Shown here: piece by piece, positions 49,471 to 62,072 of the stretch | Numbering within the stretch: the first letter of the stretch is position 1 | Layout: each line of letters begins with the position of its first letter | NCBI RefSeq assembly: GCF_004010195.1 | Contig: NC_057754.1 | Span: forward strand, 1,756,306 to 1,820,305 | Length of the DNA: 64,000 nucleotides | Source: Chiloscyllium plagiosum | Taxonomy: Eukaryota | Reading direction: 5' to 3' | The notes under the pieces: generated by a model | Seen by the model: only the letters and a program-made list of their open reading frames with translations | What the model was told of the DNA's origin: nothing | The model's database searches: none | Translations under genes and position numbers: made by a program

Positions 49471-51901
49471 CCATGACTGGCATTCAACTCCACATTGTGA
49501 TTACTGAATTGGAAACAATTATAAAGGCACAGGTCTTGTTTCCACTCCAACTGCAAGAAGAGGAGCAGTCACAGCCTGTGCCAGACTCATGCTGCTAGTT
49601 ACCGACAGCAGGTAGCGCATCAAAACATTCTCTATGGTCAGCAACAGATGGGTGTGACAATGTCTGCAAAGATGGCTCATATCACCTTATGTATTGCAAT
49701 TGAACTTGATGGATGACAAAAACATTTGTCATTTATCAGTACCAAGAATTTATTTATGGTTGGTGCATTTCCAAGGAATTGTCCAGCACGACGGTCAATT
49801 GTTTCAAGTCCATTCTCCTAACATCTCTTGGAAGTGAAGTTTCAAGAACATTCTTTGTCTGCCAGAATGAGGAGTACGTCAGATTCTGCAGAGGTGCAGG
49901 CATGCAGTTACCAGTAGGTGTGAATAGAACATCTCTGGTATAACAAGCTTTTTGGTATTCCTCTGTTGGTCCTCCTCCAAAGTTGAGCATCCCCCATTGG
50001 GAAGCCCTTCAGTATAGCCAATGGAGGTGGAAGGAAAACACAGGCAGTCAAGCAGTTGCTGTAGTGATCCTGAAAACCAAAGTAAATTAATGTAGAAGTG
50101 ATGAACTGCTGAATAAAATATGGTCATTGATCCTTTTATACTTAATCTGGATGCACTCACCTCCAAGTAATCCTGAATGTCCATTTAGATCCAATTCTGA
50201 GAGCTAGAAAATTACTTTATAGAGCGAGAACTTTGGCTTACACTCAAGTCTTTACAAATACTTGGAACAGCAGGCAGAATGAGTGCAGTGTCCATTTTCT
50301 AGTCCCAACTGCATGTCTTTCCAGATTGTAAAAGTACTAAAATAAGCTTCTGCTCTAAGGCATTTTGTCAGAGGTCAGAGTAGGATGAAAGTTATTATTT
50401 TAGACTTATTATGCGGCAATACTTGACAATTATCTTAAAATACAGCAAGTGTAATGAGAATGTGAATAAAAACATAGATGTCATTTTGAATCTTTTTTTT
50501 GTATGAAATCCAGGTTAAATTAAAATATGAACACTGTGGAGGTCTGTGACCCAAATAGCTCCTCTGGATTGTCCTTGTGGAACCAATGCTTCGTTTAATC
50601 TTCATTTTAATAGCTTTGTACCTCATTGCAAGGCTGTCAACATCAATGAAATGTTGGAGGTGACACTTATGATCAACAAGATTGACAGATTGCAAATCCA
50701 TTTACAGATGTGTTTCTCAGGGTGACATCAAGGCAGAAAACTTAAATGAGTGCTTGTCATTCTGAATGGAGGAATGGGGCAAGCCCTGCTCATTGTTGTT
50801 GATGCAAAGAGCTGACACCACAGTATAATTTTATAATATCAATCCCAAATTAATTTTTCTCATTTAAAATGATTGAAGCATTGTTATATTAATTAATCTG
50901 AATTTCCAAGGGATCTTCCCAAGGTCTGTTGACAGAATAACCTCACACTCTCTCCTTTCCAGCTCCTCAAATCTCCACTCGTTACTTCCCTACCATCCCT
51001 ACATCCACCACCAAAGAATCCAAAAATGACTTGTTCGTACCATTTCTCTGGGGCTCCTCCACATTGGCACTCAGGTTACAGTGGAAACCCAGGAAATGCT
51101 TGCAGCATTGCCAACAGCATATGTTTCGACTCTTATTGACCTAATAACCAGTCTAATAATCCAAAATATATACAACAAGCTTCCTGAAGAGTTCTCCCAA
51201 TTTGTTGCCATTTTGTCAGGAAATTTGGTATGAATAACAGTAAAAAGGACTGTTACTTGAATGGTAAAAATTTGCAGCATGCTGCAGTGCAGAAGGACCT
51301 GTGTGTCCTTGTGCAGGAATCACAGAACGTTGGTCTGCAGGTACAACAGGCAATTAGGAAGTCAAATGGAATTTTGTTCTTCATTGGTCAAGGTGGGTTA
51401 TCTTGCAGCTGTATAGGGTACTACTGAGGCCACACCTGGAGTACTGTGTGCAGTGTTGATCTCCTTACTGGAGAAAGAATGTACAGGCACTAGAGGAAGT
51501 GCAGAGGAAGTTCACTAGGTTAATTCCAGAGTTGAGGCTTATGAGGAGAGACTGAGTAGACTAGGATTATATTCATTGGAATGTAGAAGAAAATAGGGGG
51601 ATCTTATGGAAAAATTTAGATTTATGAAGGGGTGGTTGAGATGGTTAGATGCCTATTTATGGGCAGTTCTGGATGGGTAGTTGCCCCCTCCGGGCAGGGG
51701 GTGAGTTCCCCGACTCAGCACTATTGGCGATTTATATGGTGGTTTGTTTTATGGTTTTTGTTGTTTTTATTTTTAATAATTTTGTATGTTTGTTAAATGT
51801 AGTGGTTTTAGTTTATGTAGTTCTTATATTTGGTGGACTATGCGACACTAAGGCTCAGCAATTTGTGGTTCGGGTTCCTACTCTCTGGAATTTAAATGTA
51901 A

Positions 51902-52448
51902 TTGCAGAAGATTAAGGCTAATGATTTGATTAAATGGTGTACCTGGAATATCAAGGGAAGTCACTCACCAATTAAGAGGAAGAAGGTACTCTTGAGTCTT
52001 AGAAAGGAGAGGGTGGATATTGCTTTGTTACAGGAGACACATTTGGATGACAAGGAGCATCTGAAATTACAGCAGAATGGCTTTGACCAAATTTATTTTT
52101 CATCATTTAATACCAGAAGTAGGGGAGTGGCTATATTGGTAAGGAAAAATCTCTCATTTAAATTGTTGGAATGTGTTAAAGACACATACGGGAGGTTTGT
52201 AATTCTTAAAGCCATGATAAATGGGGAAAAAAATGGCATTTTAAATGTTTTTTGTCCCCCAGCTCATCCTCTTAAGTTCTTGATAGGTGCTTTTTCTAAA
52301 CTGATAAGTCTCAAGCCTTGGCACATCATTATAGAGGGAGATTTTAACTGCCTCATGGACCCCACAGTAGACAGGTTGCCTAAAGGTCCCTCGATACCCT
52401 CTGCACAAACTAAACAGTTATTGGGTTTGTGTGGGGAATTAGGATTGG
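51902..52448 (+). pseudogene. L1 ORF2 APE endonuclease domain, cut by a gap
   Basis: TWNIKGSHSPIKRKKVL..DIALLQETHL..SRGVAILV..GRFVILK..IIEGDFNCLMDPTVDR. Confidence 0.92.
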
Positions 52449-52575
52449 NNNNNNNNNNNNNNNNNNNNNNNNNNNNNNNNNNNNNNNNNNNNNNNNNNNN
52501 NNNNNNNNNNNNNNNNNNNNNNNNNNNNNNNNNNNNNNNNNNNNNNNNNNNNNNNNNNNNNNNNNNNNNNNNNNN
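52449..52575. other. Assembly gap (127 N)
   Basis: N run. Confidence 1.
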
Positions 52576-52769
52576 CCGTTGCAGCGGACAGCTAGGAGCA
52601 TGCGCCGTTCTTGCTGACACCGAGGAGCATGCGCTGTACATTCTGTGGCAATGCTGCGATCACTGACAAATTCAAGTGTCCAAATGCCAATAGGAGAAAA
52701 AGAAACGGTAGAGCCAATATGTATTTATTTAGGACTCGACATAACCAAACATGCTCCTCACTATTTTTG

Positions 52770-53540
52770 CTACTCACCTTTCCGACACCCTTCCTGATTT
52801 TACAAATCTCAATAAGGTCACCCCTCAACCTCCTCCACTCGAGTGAATAAAGTCTCAGCTTCTCCTTATAACTCAAATCCTTCAGTCCTGACAACATCCT
52901 GGTACATCTTTACCGAACCTTCTCTAATAGTATTCTTTCTATAACAGGGCGACCAGAACTGTACTCTGTTCTAAACGTGACCTCACCAACATCCTGTATA
53001 ATTTCAAAATGATGTCCCAACTCCAAGATTCAACTGTGTGGGCGGCACGGTGGCACAGTGGTTAGCACTGCTGCCTCACAGCGCCAGAGACCCGGGTTCA
53101 ATTCCCACCTCAGGCGACTGACTGTGTAGAGATTGCACGTTCTCCCCGTGTCTGCGTTGGTTTCCTCCGGGTGCTCCGGTTTCCTCCCACAGTCCAAAGA
53201 TGTGCAGGTCAGGTGAATTGGCCATGCTAAATTGCCCGTAGTGTTAGGTAAGGGGTAAATGTAGGGGAATGGGTGGGTTGCACTTCGGCGGGGCGGTGTG
53301 GACTTGTTGGGCCGAAGGGCCTATTTCCACATTGTGAGTAATCGAATGAAGGTGTGAACAATGAAGGCAAGTGGGCTAATCAACTCTTAACAACTCTGTC
53401 TACCAGTGATGCAACTTTCAAAGAACTATGTACCTGAACCACACCATGTCTCTCTTCTACAACATCACCCAGGGCCCCGCCAGTAACTGCTCCAAGTCCT
53501 CCCCTTTTTATTAAAGCAAAGTGCAATGCCTCACTTTTAT
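52770..53540 (-). mobile_element. CR1 fragment containing an HE1 SINE
   Basis: Minus ORFs MLSGLKDLSYKEKLRLYSLEWRRLRGDLIE and VQVHSSLKVASLVDRVVK. Confidence 0.8.
53039..53346 (+). mobile_element. HE1-type V-SINE
   Basis: Highly similar to 8611-8940. Confidence 0.92.
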
Positions 53541-53834
53541 CTATACTCTCTCGTGTACACGCTCTCTCTCGGACACAGACACACACCACCCAACACGCAC
53601 ACAGGCTTATACTCCATCACACTCATACATTACCAGTTTTTGTTTTAAAGCTGCTCATTTCTGAGGGAAATCCAAGATGGTGGCAACGAGCAAGTCTGAG
53701 TCTACAGTGCTCCTCCCAAGATTTGGGTAAAGTGGGTCACCCACCCCCACCACACTCACCAAATCATTGATAATAGTTGTTTAATTTAATTAGTTGTTTA
53801 ATATTAAACTTAAACAATCTAATCTTTAGTTAAA

Positions 53835-54465
53835 ATGACTAAAGGGAAGGGAGCCCGCAGCTCACAACAAGCAGGACCCCCTCCGCCACTCTCTCCAGCT
53901 CCAGCAGAGGCGTCCACAGCCGCCCCGGGGGACTTACCTACAGTGGCAAGACTTGTGGAGATGATCTCCAAGCTGGACGCGAAGATCGACGCGTTTAGCG
54001 AGGATTCCCGAAGTCGATGGGACTCACTCTCGGCCACACTGCAAAAGCACGACCAAGACATTAAAGAAATCAAGCGCCGAGTTGGAGGGGCAGAGCTAAA
54101 GGTCGTCAAAAAAATATTCGTTTGCTGGGCCTTCCCGAACGGGAAGAAGGAGGCCAGCTTACAGTATTCCTGAAGCAGTGGCTGCCACAGCTTTTAAATC
54201 TGGAAGCTGGATCAGGCCAGGCAAGGGTGGAAAAGACCCCCAAGCTATGATCTATAAAGGATCCAAGATCATGTTATTCCAGGACTTTTCCCCGGCTCTG
54301 GTTCGAAAGAGGAAGGCATTCGACGAGGCGAAGAAGCGTTTAAGGGACTTAAATATTCAGTACTCCTTACGCTACCCAGCGACGTTACACTTTAACCATG
54401 AACAATCCGTATATAACTTTGGATCGCCAGAAAAGGCTAAGGAATTCTTAGACTCTCTTAGATAA
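53835..54465 (+). pseudogene. L1 ORF1, frameshifted and internally deleted, preceded by a 5'UTR from ~53663
   Basis: MTKGKG.. coiled-coil region, then IYKGSKIMLFQDFSPALVRKRKAFDEAKKRLRDLNIQYSLRYPATL, the L1 ORF1p C-terminal pattern. Confidence 0.88.
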
Positions 54466-54608
54466 ACTGTAAGGCATAATGGATGTTGGTTTGCCTTTCA
54501 CCCCACTTTGTTTTGTATCCCCCCTTTTTTTTCCTCTGACTTTACTTTACTGTTTAATATTATCATGCGGGGTAGGGAGAGGGATTTGATTTTCTCCCCC
54601 CCCCCCCC

Positions 54609-55220
54609 NNNNNNNNNNNNNNNNNNNNNNNNNNNNNNNNNNNNNNNNNNNNNNNNNNNNNNNNNNNNNNNNNNNNNNNNNNNNNNNNNNNNNNNNNNNN
54701 NNNNNNNNNNNNNNNNNNNNNNNNNNNNNNNNNNNNNNNNNNNNNNNNNNNNNNNNNNNNNNNNNNNNNNNNNNNNNNNNNNNNNNNNNNNNNNNNNNNN
54801 NNNNNNNNNNNNNNNNNNNNNNNNNNNNNNNNNNNNNNNNNNNNNNNNNNNNNNNNNNNNNNNNNNNNNNNNNNNNNNNNNNNNNNNNNNNNNNNNNNNN
54901 NNNNNNNNNNNNNNNNNNNNNNNNNNNNNNNNNNNNNNNNNNNNNNNNNNNNNNNNNNNNNNNNNNNNNNNNNNNNNNNNNNNNNNNNNNNNNNNNNNNN
55001 NNNNNNNNNNNNNNNNNNNNNNNNNNNNNNNNNNNNNNNNNNNNNNNNNNNNNNNNNNNNNNNNNNNNNNNNNNNNNNNNNNNNNNNNNNNNNNNNNNNN
55101 NNNNNNNNNNNNNNNNNNNNNNNNNNNNNNNNNNNNNNNNNNNNNNNNNNNNNNNNNNNNNNNNNNNNNNNNNNNNNNNNNNNNNNNNNNNNNNNNNNNN
55201 NNNNNNNNNNNNNNNNNNNN
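54609..55220. other. Assembly gap (612 N)
   Basis: N run. Confidence 1.
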
Positions 55221-55941
55221 ACCACACTTTTGACTGATCCCTACAAATCTGACATAGAAAGAGGGGTACTAAGGGCTAAGAGTACACTCTCTGTCAGTAC
55301 TCTATATCACCAATTGGGGGGTGCCACCTCCGATGAGTCTGATCGACTCTGCAAGATGTGGGAAAGTTGAAGTTTCTTCAGAGGCATGGGAGGATATTTG
55401 GGAGAATGCAAGGAAGATATCAATTTGCAATAGGACCCATGCTTTACCGTTGAAGATTCTCCACAGTGTCCACTTAGCCCCAGACCGTTTGTCAAAATTT
55501 AAACCAGGGCTACCTTCAGCATGCCCCAAGTGCAAGGTCTATACGGGTACTCTTACCCATTGTCTTTGGTCTTATGACAGGCTTCAAATATATTGGAGCG
55601 CTGTGGTGGGTGCAATGGAGAGGATTTTAGGTGTAGGGGTGGAGAAGGACCCTATTTCGCTCCTTTTGGGCCTACCCATTGTATTTCCTGCAGACTCGCA
55701 TAAGGAAAAACTTTTCAATATTCTTACATTCTGTGCAAGGAAGAATATCTTGCTAGGTTGGATATCAGAAAACCCCCCAGGCTTGTCGGGTTGGCGGAAG
55801 ATTGTTATGGAGCATATTCCCCTGGATTTTCTCACAAATATAGTATACCACAAAACTGGGAATTTTTACATGGCATGGCAACCCTTTTTGAAAAACCTGG
55901 ACACAGATTTATCTGCTACACTAACAAGGGCTTTTATATAG
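55221..55941 (+). pseudogene. L1 ORF2 C-terminus with Cys/His motif
   Basis: WEDIWENARKISICNR..KILHSVHLAPDRL..CPKCKVYTGTLTHCLWSY..YW..ARKNILLGW. Confidence 0.88.
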
Positions 55942-57984
55942 CCTTGACGATTGTGTTTCATGAGTCCAATATCCAGGGAGGAGGAACTGTGAATGTATGA
56001 GTGTTTTGTTTGGCTGGGCTGAGTTATTACTATTTATTTGTTTGTTGTTAGGTATTTATTTAGTTAGTTAAATAGCTAGTTTAGGGTTTTTTTAAAATTT
56101 TATACTTCTCTATATATGTTTATACATTCGTATAGGAGGGTGGGTTGGGGAATTTTATTTTATTATTTGGGTTTAGTTTTGTACTATTTTTGTACTGCTT
56201 TGAATTGCATTGTTTTGTATTTGTTGTAATATTTAAAAATCTATTTTTTCTTAATAAAAATATATTATTAAAAAAAAATTATGAAGGGAATAGATAAAAT
56301 AGAAATAAAGAGAATGTTTCCACTGGCAGGTGAAACTAGGACAAGAGGGCATAGCCTTAAAATTAGGGGGAGCAGAATTTGAACTGAATTGAGAAGGAAC
56401 TTCTTCACCCAGAGAGTTGTGAATCTATGGAATCCTGCCCAGCGAAGTGGTTGAAGCTTCCTCAATAAATGTTTTTAAAGCTAAGATAGATTATTTTTTG
56501 AACAGTAAAGGAATTAAGGGTTATGGTGAGAGGGTGGGTAAATGGAGCTGAGGCCACAAAAAGATCAGTCATGATCTTATTGAGTGGTGGAGCAGACTCG
56601 AAAGGTCAGATGGCCTACTCCTGTTCCTAGTTCTTATGTTCATGTTCTTGTGTAACTTTGATAGAAGATAGATGGAAATCCATTTTGTTCTCCACTCCAG
56701 CTATTTTGCTGAAGTTATGGGAGGTGATAGAAAGACCTCTGAAGAAGTTCCCAGTGATCCTACTGAGGACTATTCTGACCTATTTATATTGCATTTTTAA
56801 TAAAGTAATGTTTAGAATCATCAAGTTTGGAGAGAAATTAGGGTTTCTCTAACAGATGAACTAAGGTGGAGGTAAAGGCACAGCTGGGTAATGGTGTTAC
56901 AGAGATGAAAGTAGGAAGCAGCTTTGTGAAGAACAAGGACCTGAGCTGGAAAGATAGCCCAGAATTGAAAAGGATGCTACTGCTATTGATCTGGGATGAT
57001 TGCTTGAACTAATGGTGAGGTTACAGATGTGAGGATGGCAGAGTTGAAGAGAGTATCTTTGTCTCTTCCAATGGTTATTTGGAGGAAATTGTACTGTGTA
57101 TATATTTTGCACTTAATGTTCTGTGAGTAGTGTGAGAATGCAAAGAAGCAGCAGAGGGGTTGCAAGGGTTAAATGGCAGACATTATTAGCACTCAACTAG
57201 TGATGTCTTCTGTAAATCTTAAATTTGTTCAACATCCTTTAATCAAGCTTTTAGGTTAAGGTATCATATGACTTTCTGTCTCATTACTGCTTAATTTTGC
57301 ATAATTTTCAGAGCTAGGAGAAATAGGCCTGTGTTTACTTGTAATGAGAACAATATACATTGCCGAACAATATACTCTGTTTTATAAAAAACAGGTTAAA
57401 TGAATTTGATTTTCTATTCTATCTGAGAGGATATTGCACTGTGCATTGCACATCAGCTGCCATCATGTTAGGCTTTATTCATTACAATACAATTCCAGTT
57501 ATATTGTTCATGTTTCTAGACAGTCTACAATATTCATCACTACAGACAGCTATCTGTAAACCTGATGTAAATAAACATCAGGTGATACATGTACATCTGC
57601 AGCGATGTGCAGAATAGGCTCTTTAGAAATGGACACAATGGGAATACAATTGGAGAGGTATTGGATAAGCAGGGGACAATAATTATGAATGTTCTCAGTG
57701 AATCAAGGCTGAAACACAATGAGATTATATTGATTCCATATGGACGGAAGGTAAAATAGGATAGCAAATTATCCCAGAGCCACTATCTTTGCCTCAGAGT
57801 GGCTCAATGATCAATGTCATTGGCTTTCAAAGCTGAGAATATAGTGATGAGAAAATAGAACATGCAAAATCAGATTATCACGCTCAGTTGCGCAGATACG
57901 TCAAAGATACCTCACTACCTCCTCCTTCTTGCGACCAATTCTAATAAACATAGCTGCCTTTCCCACAGTCATATAGGGTCCCTG

Positions 57985-58608
57985 CCTTTATTAGGAGGGG
58001 CACAACAGTGAGGAAGTGATGTTGGACTTGTGTAAGACATTTGTTAGAACTCAGCTGGAGTGTTGTGTTCAGTTGTGGGCATCCCATTATAGGAAGGATA
58101 CAAATGCATTGGAGAGAGTGCAGAGGTGATTTACAAGAATAGTTCCAGGAATGAAAACTTCAGTTATGAGGATAGATTCAAGAACTTGAGGCTATTCTCC
58201 ATGGGGAGAAGAAGGATGAGAGGAGATTTGGCAGAGCTTTTCAAAACCATGAGCAGGCTGGATAGAGTCAATAGAGATAAGCTCTTCCTGCTCATAAAAG
58301 AAACAAGAATGAGAGGCATAGATTTATAGTGAGTTGCAAAAGAAAGGAGGGTGATGTGAGAAGAATCTTTTTTACACAGCGAGTGATAAGGGTATGGAGT
58401 GCACTGTCTGGACATGTGGGTGGAAGCAGCTTTAATTGAGACATTCAAGAGGTCATTGGAGAATTATTTGGGTAGAATCACTGTGCAAGGGTTTGGGGGA
58501 AAAGCAGGAGATTGGCACTAGGTAATAATGCTTGTTTGAAGAGCTGCTGCAGGCACAATCAGTTGATTGGTCATCTTCTGCATCGCAACAAATCTGTGAT
58601 GCTGTGAG
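57985..58608 (+). mobile_element. Old CR1 3' fragment
   Basis: NFSYEDRFKNLRLFSMGRRRMRGDLAELFKTMSRLDRV. Confidence 0.85.
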
Positions 58609-58877
58609 GCAGCTAAAAATGGCTTGTCACTGCCTTTAGCAGAGTTCGATCTCTTAGCTGTTCACCCTCATCATCATCTAATGGAGTTAATTTCCATATG
58701 TTCATATTACCCTTCTCTATCCTTTCCACCCTGTGATTGCAAATATCCTCCAATATGAATCTTTCCTGATTCTTTGCAGTTTTGTTTAAATATTAAAATC
58801 TGAAATGAAAAGTATTCACAGAAACTGGCAGAAAGATAAATACAATAATACTTGGACTGCCTAAAGATGTAAATAGA

Positions 58878-59086
58878 GTCAAGAGTGTGGTGCTGGAAAA
58901 GCAAAGCAGGTCAAGCAGCATCCGAGGAGCAGGAAAATTGACATTTTGGGCAAAAACCCTTCATCAGTTTTGAGGCTTTTGCCCGAAATGTCGATTTTCC
59001 TGCTCCTTGGATACTGCCTGACCTGCTGTGCTTTTCTAGCACCACAGTCTTGACTCTAATCTCCAGCATCTGCACTACTCACTTTT
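58878..59086. mobile_element. Inverted pair of Penelope-like terminal repeats with ~20-bp TSD
   Basis: GTCAAGAGTGTGGTGCTGGAAAAGC.. mirrored by ..GCTTTTCTAGCACCACAGTCTTGAC; flanks TGCCTAAAGA(TG/CA)TAAATAGA. Confidence 0.85.
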
Positions 59087-59529
59087 GCCTAAAGACATAA
59101 ATAGACCAGTTCTTACTTTGCATTAGACAACTACGTGTTCACTGTGTTTGAGTCCAGAGATGATAAGGCACCTGTGGGACCTTTTCAGCAGAAAATAAAG
59201 TGCAGGTGATGTAAGGTGTTTGAGAGTTTTGGAGTAAGCTTGAGGCCAAATAGAAGGTCAAGGTTCACTGATTTGGGATAACAGAGGAGATTGTGTTGTA
59301 GGAGAGTCTGTGGCCAGTTTTCCAATGGATGCAAAGATGGTGAGGAGTATAAGGAGAAGGGAATAAACCCTGGTCATAGTCTGACATTTTGACTTTGGGT
59401 AGAGTCTTTTTGGTACTGTGGAAAGATTTAAATTTATATCTTAAATTTGAGTTAAATGTGCACAGATGAGGAAGATAAGAGGCTGAAGTTGAGCTTTTCA
59501 GAAGTGAAGTGAAATGGGTGGTGATGGTG

Positions 59530-59917
59530 ATAGAGAAAAGAAGGTTTAGGGGTGACTTGATTGAGGTGTACAAGATGATTAGGGGGTTAGATAGGGTTGA
59601 CAGTGTGAACCTTTTCCCGCGTATGGAGTCGGGTATTACAAGGGGGCATAGCTTTAAATTAAGGGGGGGTAGATATAGGACTGATGTTAGGGGTAGGTTC
59701 TTCACTCAGCGAGTCGTAAGTTCATGGAATGCCCTGCCAGTAGCAGTGGTGGACTCTCCCTCTTTATGGGCATTTAAGCGGGCATTGGATTGGTATATGG
59801 AGGATAGTGGGTTAGTATAGGTTAGGTGGGCTTGGATCGGCGCAACATCGAGGGCCAAAGGGCCTGTACTGCGCTGTATTCTTCTATGTTCTATGTTCTA
59901 TGTTCTATGTTCTATGT
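59530..59917 (+). mobile_element. Relatively young CR1 3' fragment with (TTCTATG)5 tail
   Basis: Open frame EKRRFRGDLIEVYKMIRGLDRVD..TRGHSFKL..FFTQRVVSSWNALP; perfect heptamer tail 59882-59916. Confidence 0.93.
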
Positions 59918-61217
59918 ATCGACAGCTGTGAAAGAAGGGACCAGTGGCTTAGAAAAGAAAAGTATTAGGAAGGGAACTGGGAATTTGAAAATATGTGTGC
60001 ATTCCTTTCCTATTCAAATTGTACATGTACATTTCCTAAAACCAATGCAAAATAGGAAAATGCCCGATAATGGAACTGCAAATGCTGAGTTACATTACAA
60101 CTTCATAGCATAAATGGTGCACTGGAGAAGCAAGGACTATGATCCCATTGTTCATCAGGTTCTTAAATCACAAGAGTTACCCTGGTACAGTTAAATTTTT
60201 AATTAGCCAGTCCCAAACATTAATCTTCAAATGGCTGTTCATTATAATTTATGAGGAAAAGGTTGTACTGTGTATGCAGATATTAGCCAAGAGGCTGAAC
60301 TGTATTCGCTAAAATCTCATTAGATCTAATTTCTTATGAAGGCAAACCATTACAAATGAACAATTACTGCACTTATGATTAACCGTCACAAGTAGTTTGG
60401 TTTGCTCACATTGACTGTAATTCATCTTTAAAATAATGTTAATATAATTTTTTCGGACTCTAATGAGCATTTCATTTTTGCCATTTCTGCGGTGTTATTT
60501 GTTTAACATTCTCCAATTTGTGGGTACCATCAGCATGTTATTCCACACATTTGTAATAAGCTTGAAGGCTATAGAATTTATAAAACCGTTGCTTTAATGT
60601 AATAAGATTAATGGGCATAATATGACCCTGACGACAAGGGAAAATGGTTCACGATAAGACCTTTTAAAGGGGGTCTTTTCGCCTTTTTTTAAAAAGTGGT
60701 CCTAAGTGAAATATCTGCTTCAAACAGGGGTTCTGATTATATGAGTTAAACAAGAATTCTTCAACTTCAGGTCATTGCTGTGAACAAGTGCAAATGAAAA
60801 TTTAAAAATTTTTGAATACCTTTGGAAATGGGGAAGATAGACTTGAAAACTATCCAATCAGGGAAATCTCTTTGCATTTTGATTGGCATAAGAAGCGTCC
60901 TAATATGGATAAACATAGCGGTGACTCGAGAAAGAGTGAAGGATGGGTCTGTTGGAGGTAGTAGGTAATGTGATGAATAAGGACACAGTGACAACTCTAT
61001 AGACAGGGCTGGATAGGACAGAGAATCTTCTCCACCTCAGCGTTGTTTATGATTGGGTACAAAAACATGATTTTATGTGCATAAATTATTGTCTGGTGAC
61101 TTATTATCAGTTCAAATGTGACTTCTTTCCATCAAATAGCTTGCTAACTTGCACTCGTCTCACACATGAGGAACAGTCACTTTGATGTAGAGCAAATTAT
61201 TATTGAAAGGAGATGTC

Positions 61218-61760
61218 AGAGTTATAAAGCATGGAAACAGACTCTTTGGTCCAACTCGCCCATGCCAACCAGAGATCCTAAACTGACCTCGTCCCATTTG
61301 CCAGCATTTGGCCCATTTCCCTCTAAAACCTTCCTATTCATAGACCAATCCAGATGCCATTTAAATGTTGTAATTGTACCAGCCTCCAACTGTTCCTCTG
61401 GCAGTTCATTCCATACACACACCACCTTCTGTGTGAAAAGGTTGTCTCTCAGGTCCCTTTTAAATTTTTCCCCTCTCACCTTAAACCTACGCCCTCTAGT
61501 TTTGGACTCCTGGAACCTGCAGAAAATACCTTGTCTATTCACCCATCCATGTCCCCCTCATGATTTTATAAACCTCTATAAGGTCATCCCTCACCCCCAA
61601 TTCTCCAGGGAAAATAGCTTCAGCCTATTCAGCCTCTCCCTATAGCTCAAACCCTCCAAACCTGGCAACACCCTTGTAAATCTTTTCTGAACCTTTTCAA
61701 GTTTAACAACATCTTTCCTAAAGCAGGGAGAGCAGAATTGAATGCAGTGGCCTAACCAGT
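61218..61760 (-). mobile_element. CR1 3' fragment
   Basis: ESKTRGRRFKVRGEKFKRDLRDNLFTQKVVCVWNELP. Confidence 0.9.
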
Positions 61761-61826
61761 GATTGGAAAAATAGGTTAATTAAAAAAAAGGAAGTATTCT
61801 GCAGAGAATCAGATGGAACCCTGGTT

Positions 61827-62072
61827 TTAGATTAGATTACTTACAGTGTGGAAATAGGCCTTTTGGCCCAACAAGTCCATACCGATCTGCAAACCACCCA
61901 GACCCATTCCCCTACATTTACCCCTGCCCCGAACACTACGGTCAACTTAACCTATACATTTTTGGACAGTGGGAGGAAACCAGAGCACCCGGAGGAAACC
62001 CATGCAGACACAGGGAGAATGTGCAAACTCCACACAGTCGCCTGAGATGGGAATTGAACCACTGTGCCACCC
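61827..62072 (-). mobile_element. HE1-type V-SINE with internal deletions
   Basis: V domain and (AGATT) tail present; segment between A and B boxes lost at an AACC microhomology. Confidence 0.85.

Larger units (their letters stand above)
51632..56278 (+). mobile_element. L1-clade LINE bounded by 10-bp TSD TTATGAAGGG, with 3'UTR, AATAAA and A-tail
   Basis: TSD 51622-51631 / 56279-56288; AATAAA 56253-56258; EN and C-terminal Cys motif ORFs inside. Confidence 0.85.
51222..56650 (+). mobile_element. CR1 3' fragment split by L1 (51222-51631 and 56279-56650)
   Basis: YLNGKNLQHAAVQKDL.. on the left; resumes ATGAAGGGAATAGATAAA..ACTAGGACAAGAGGGCATAG to a CTTATGTTC tail. Confidence 0.88.
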
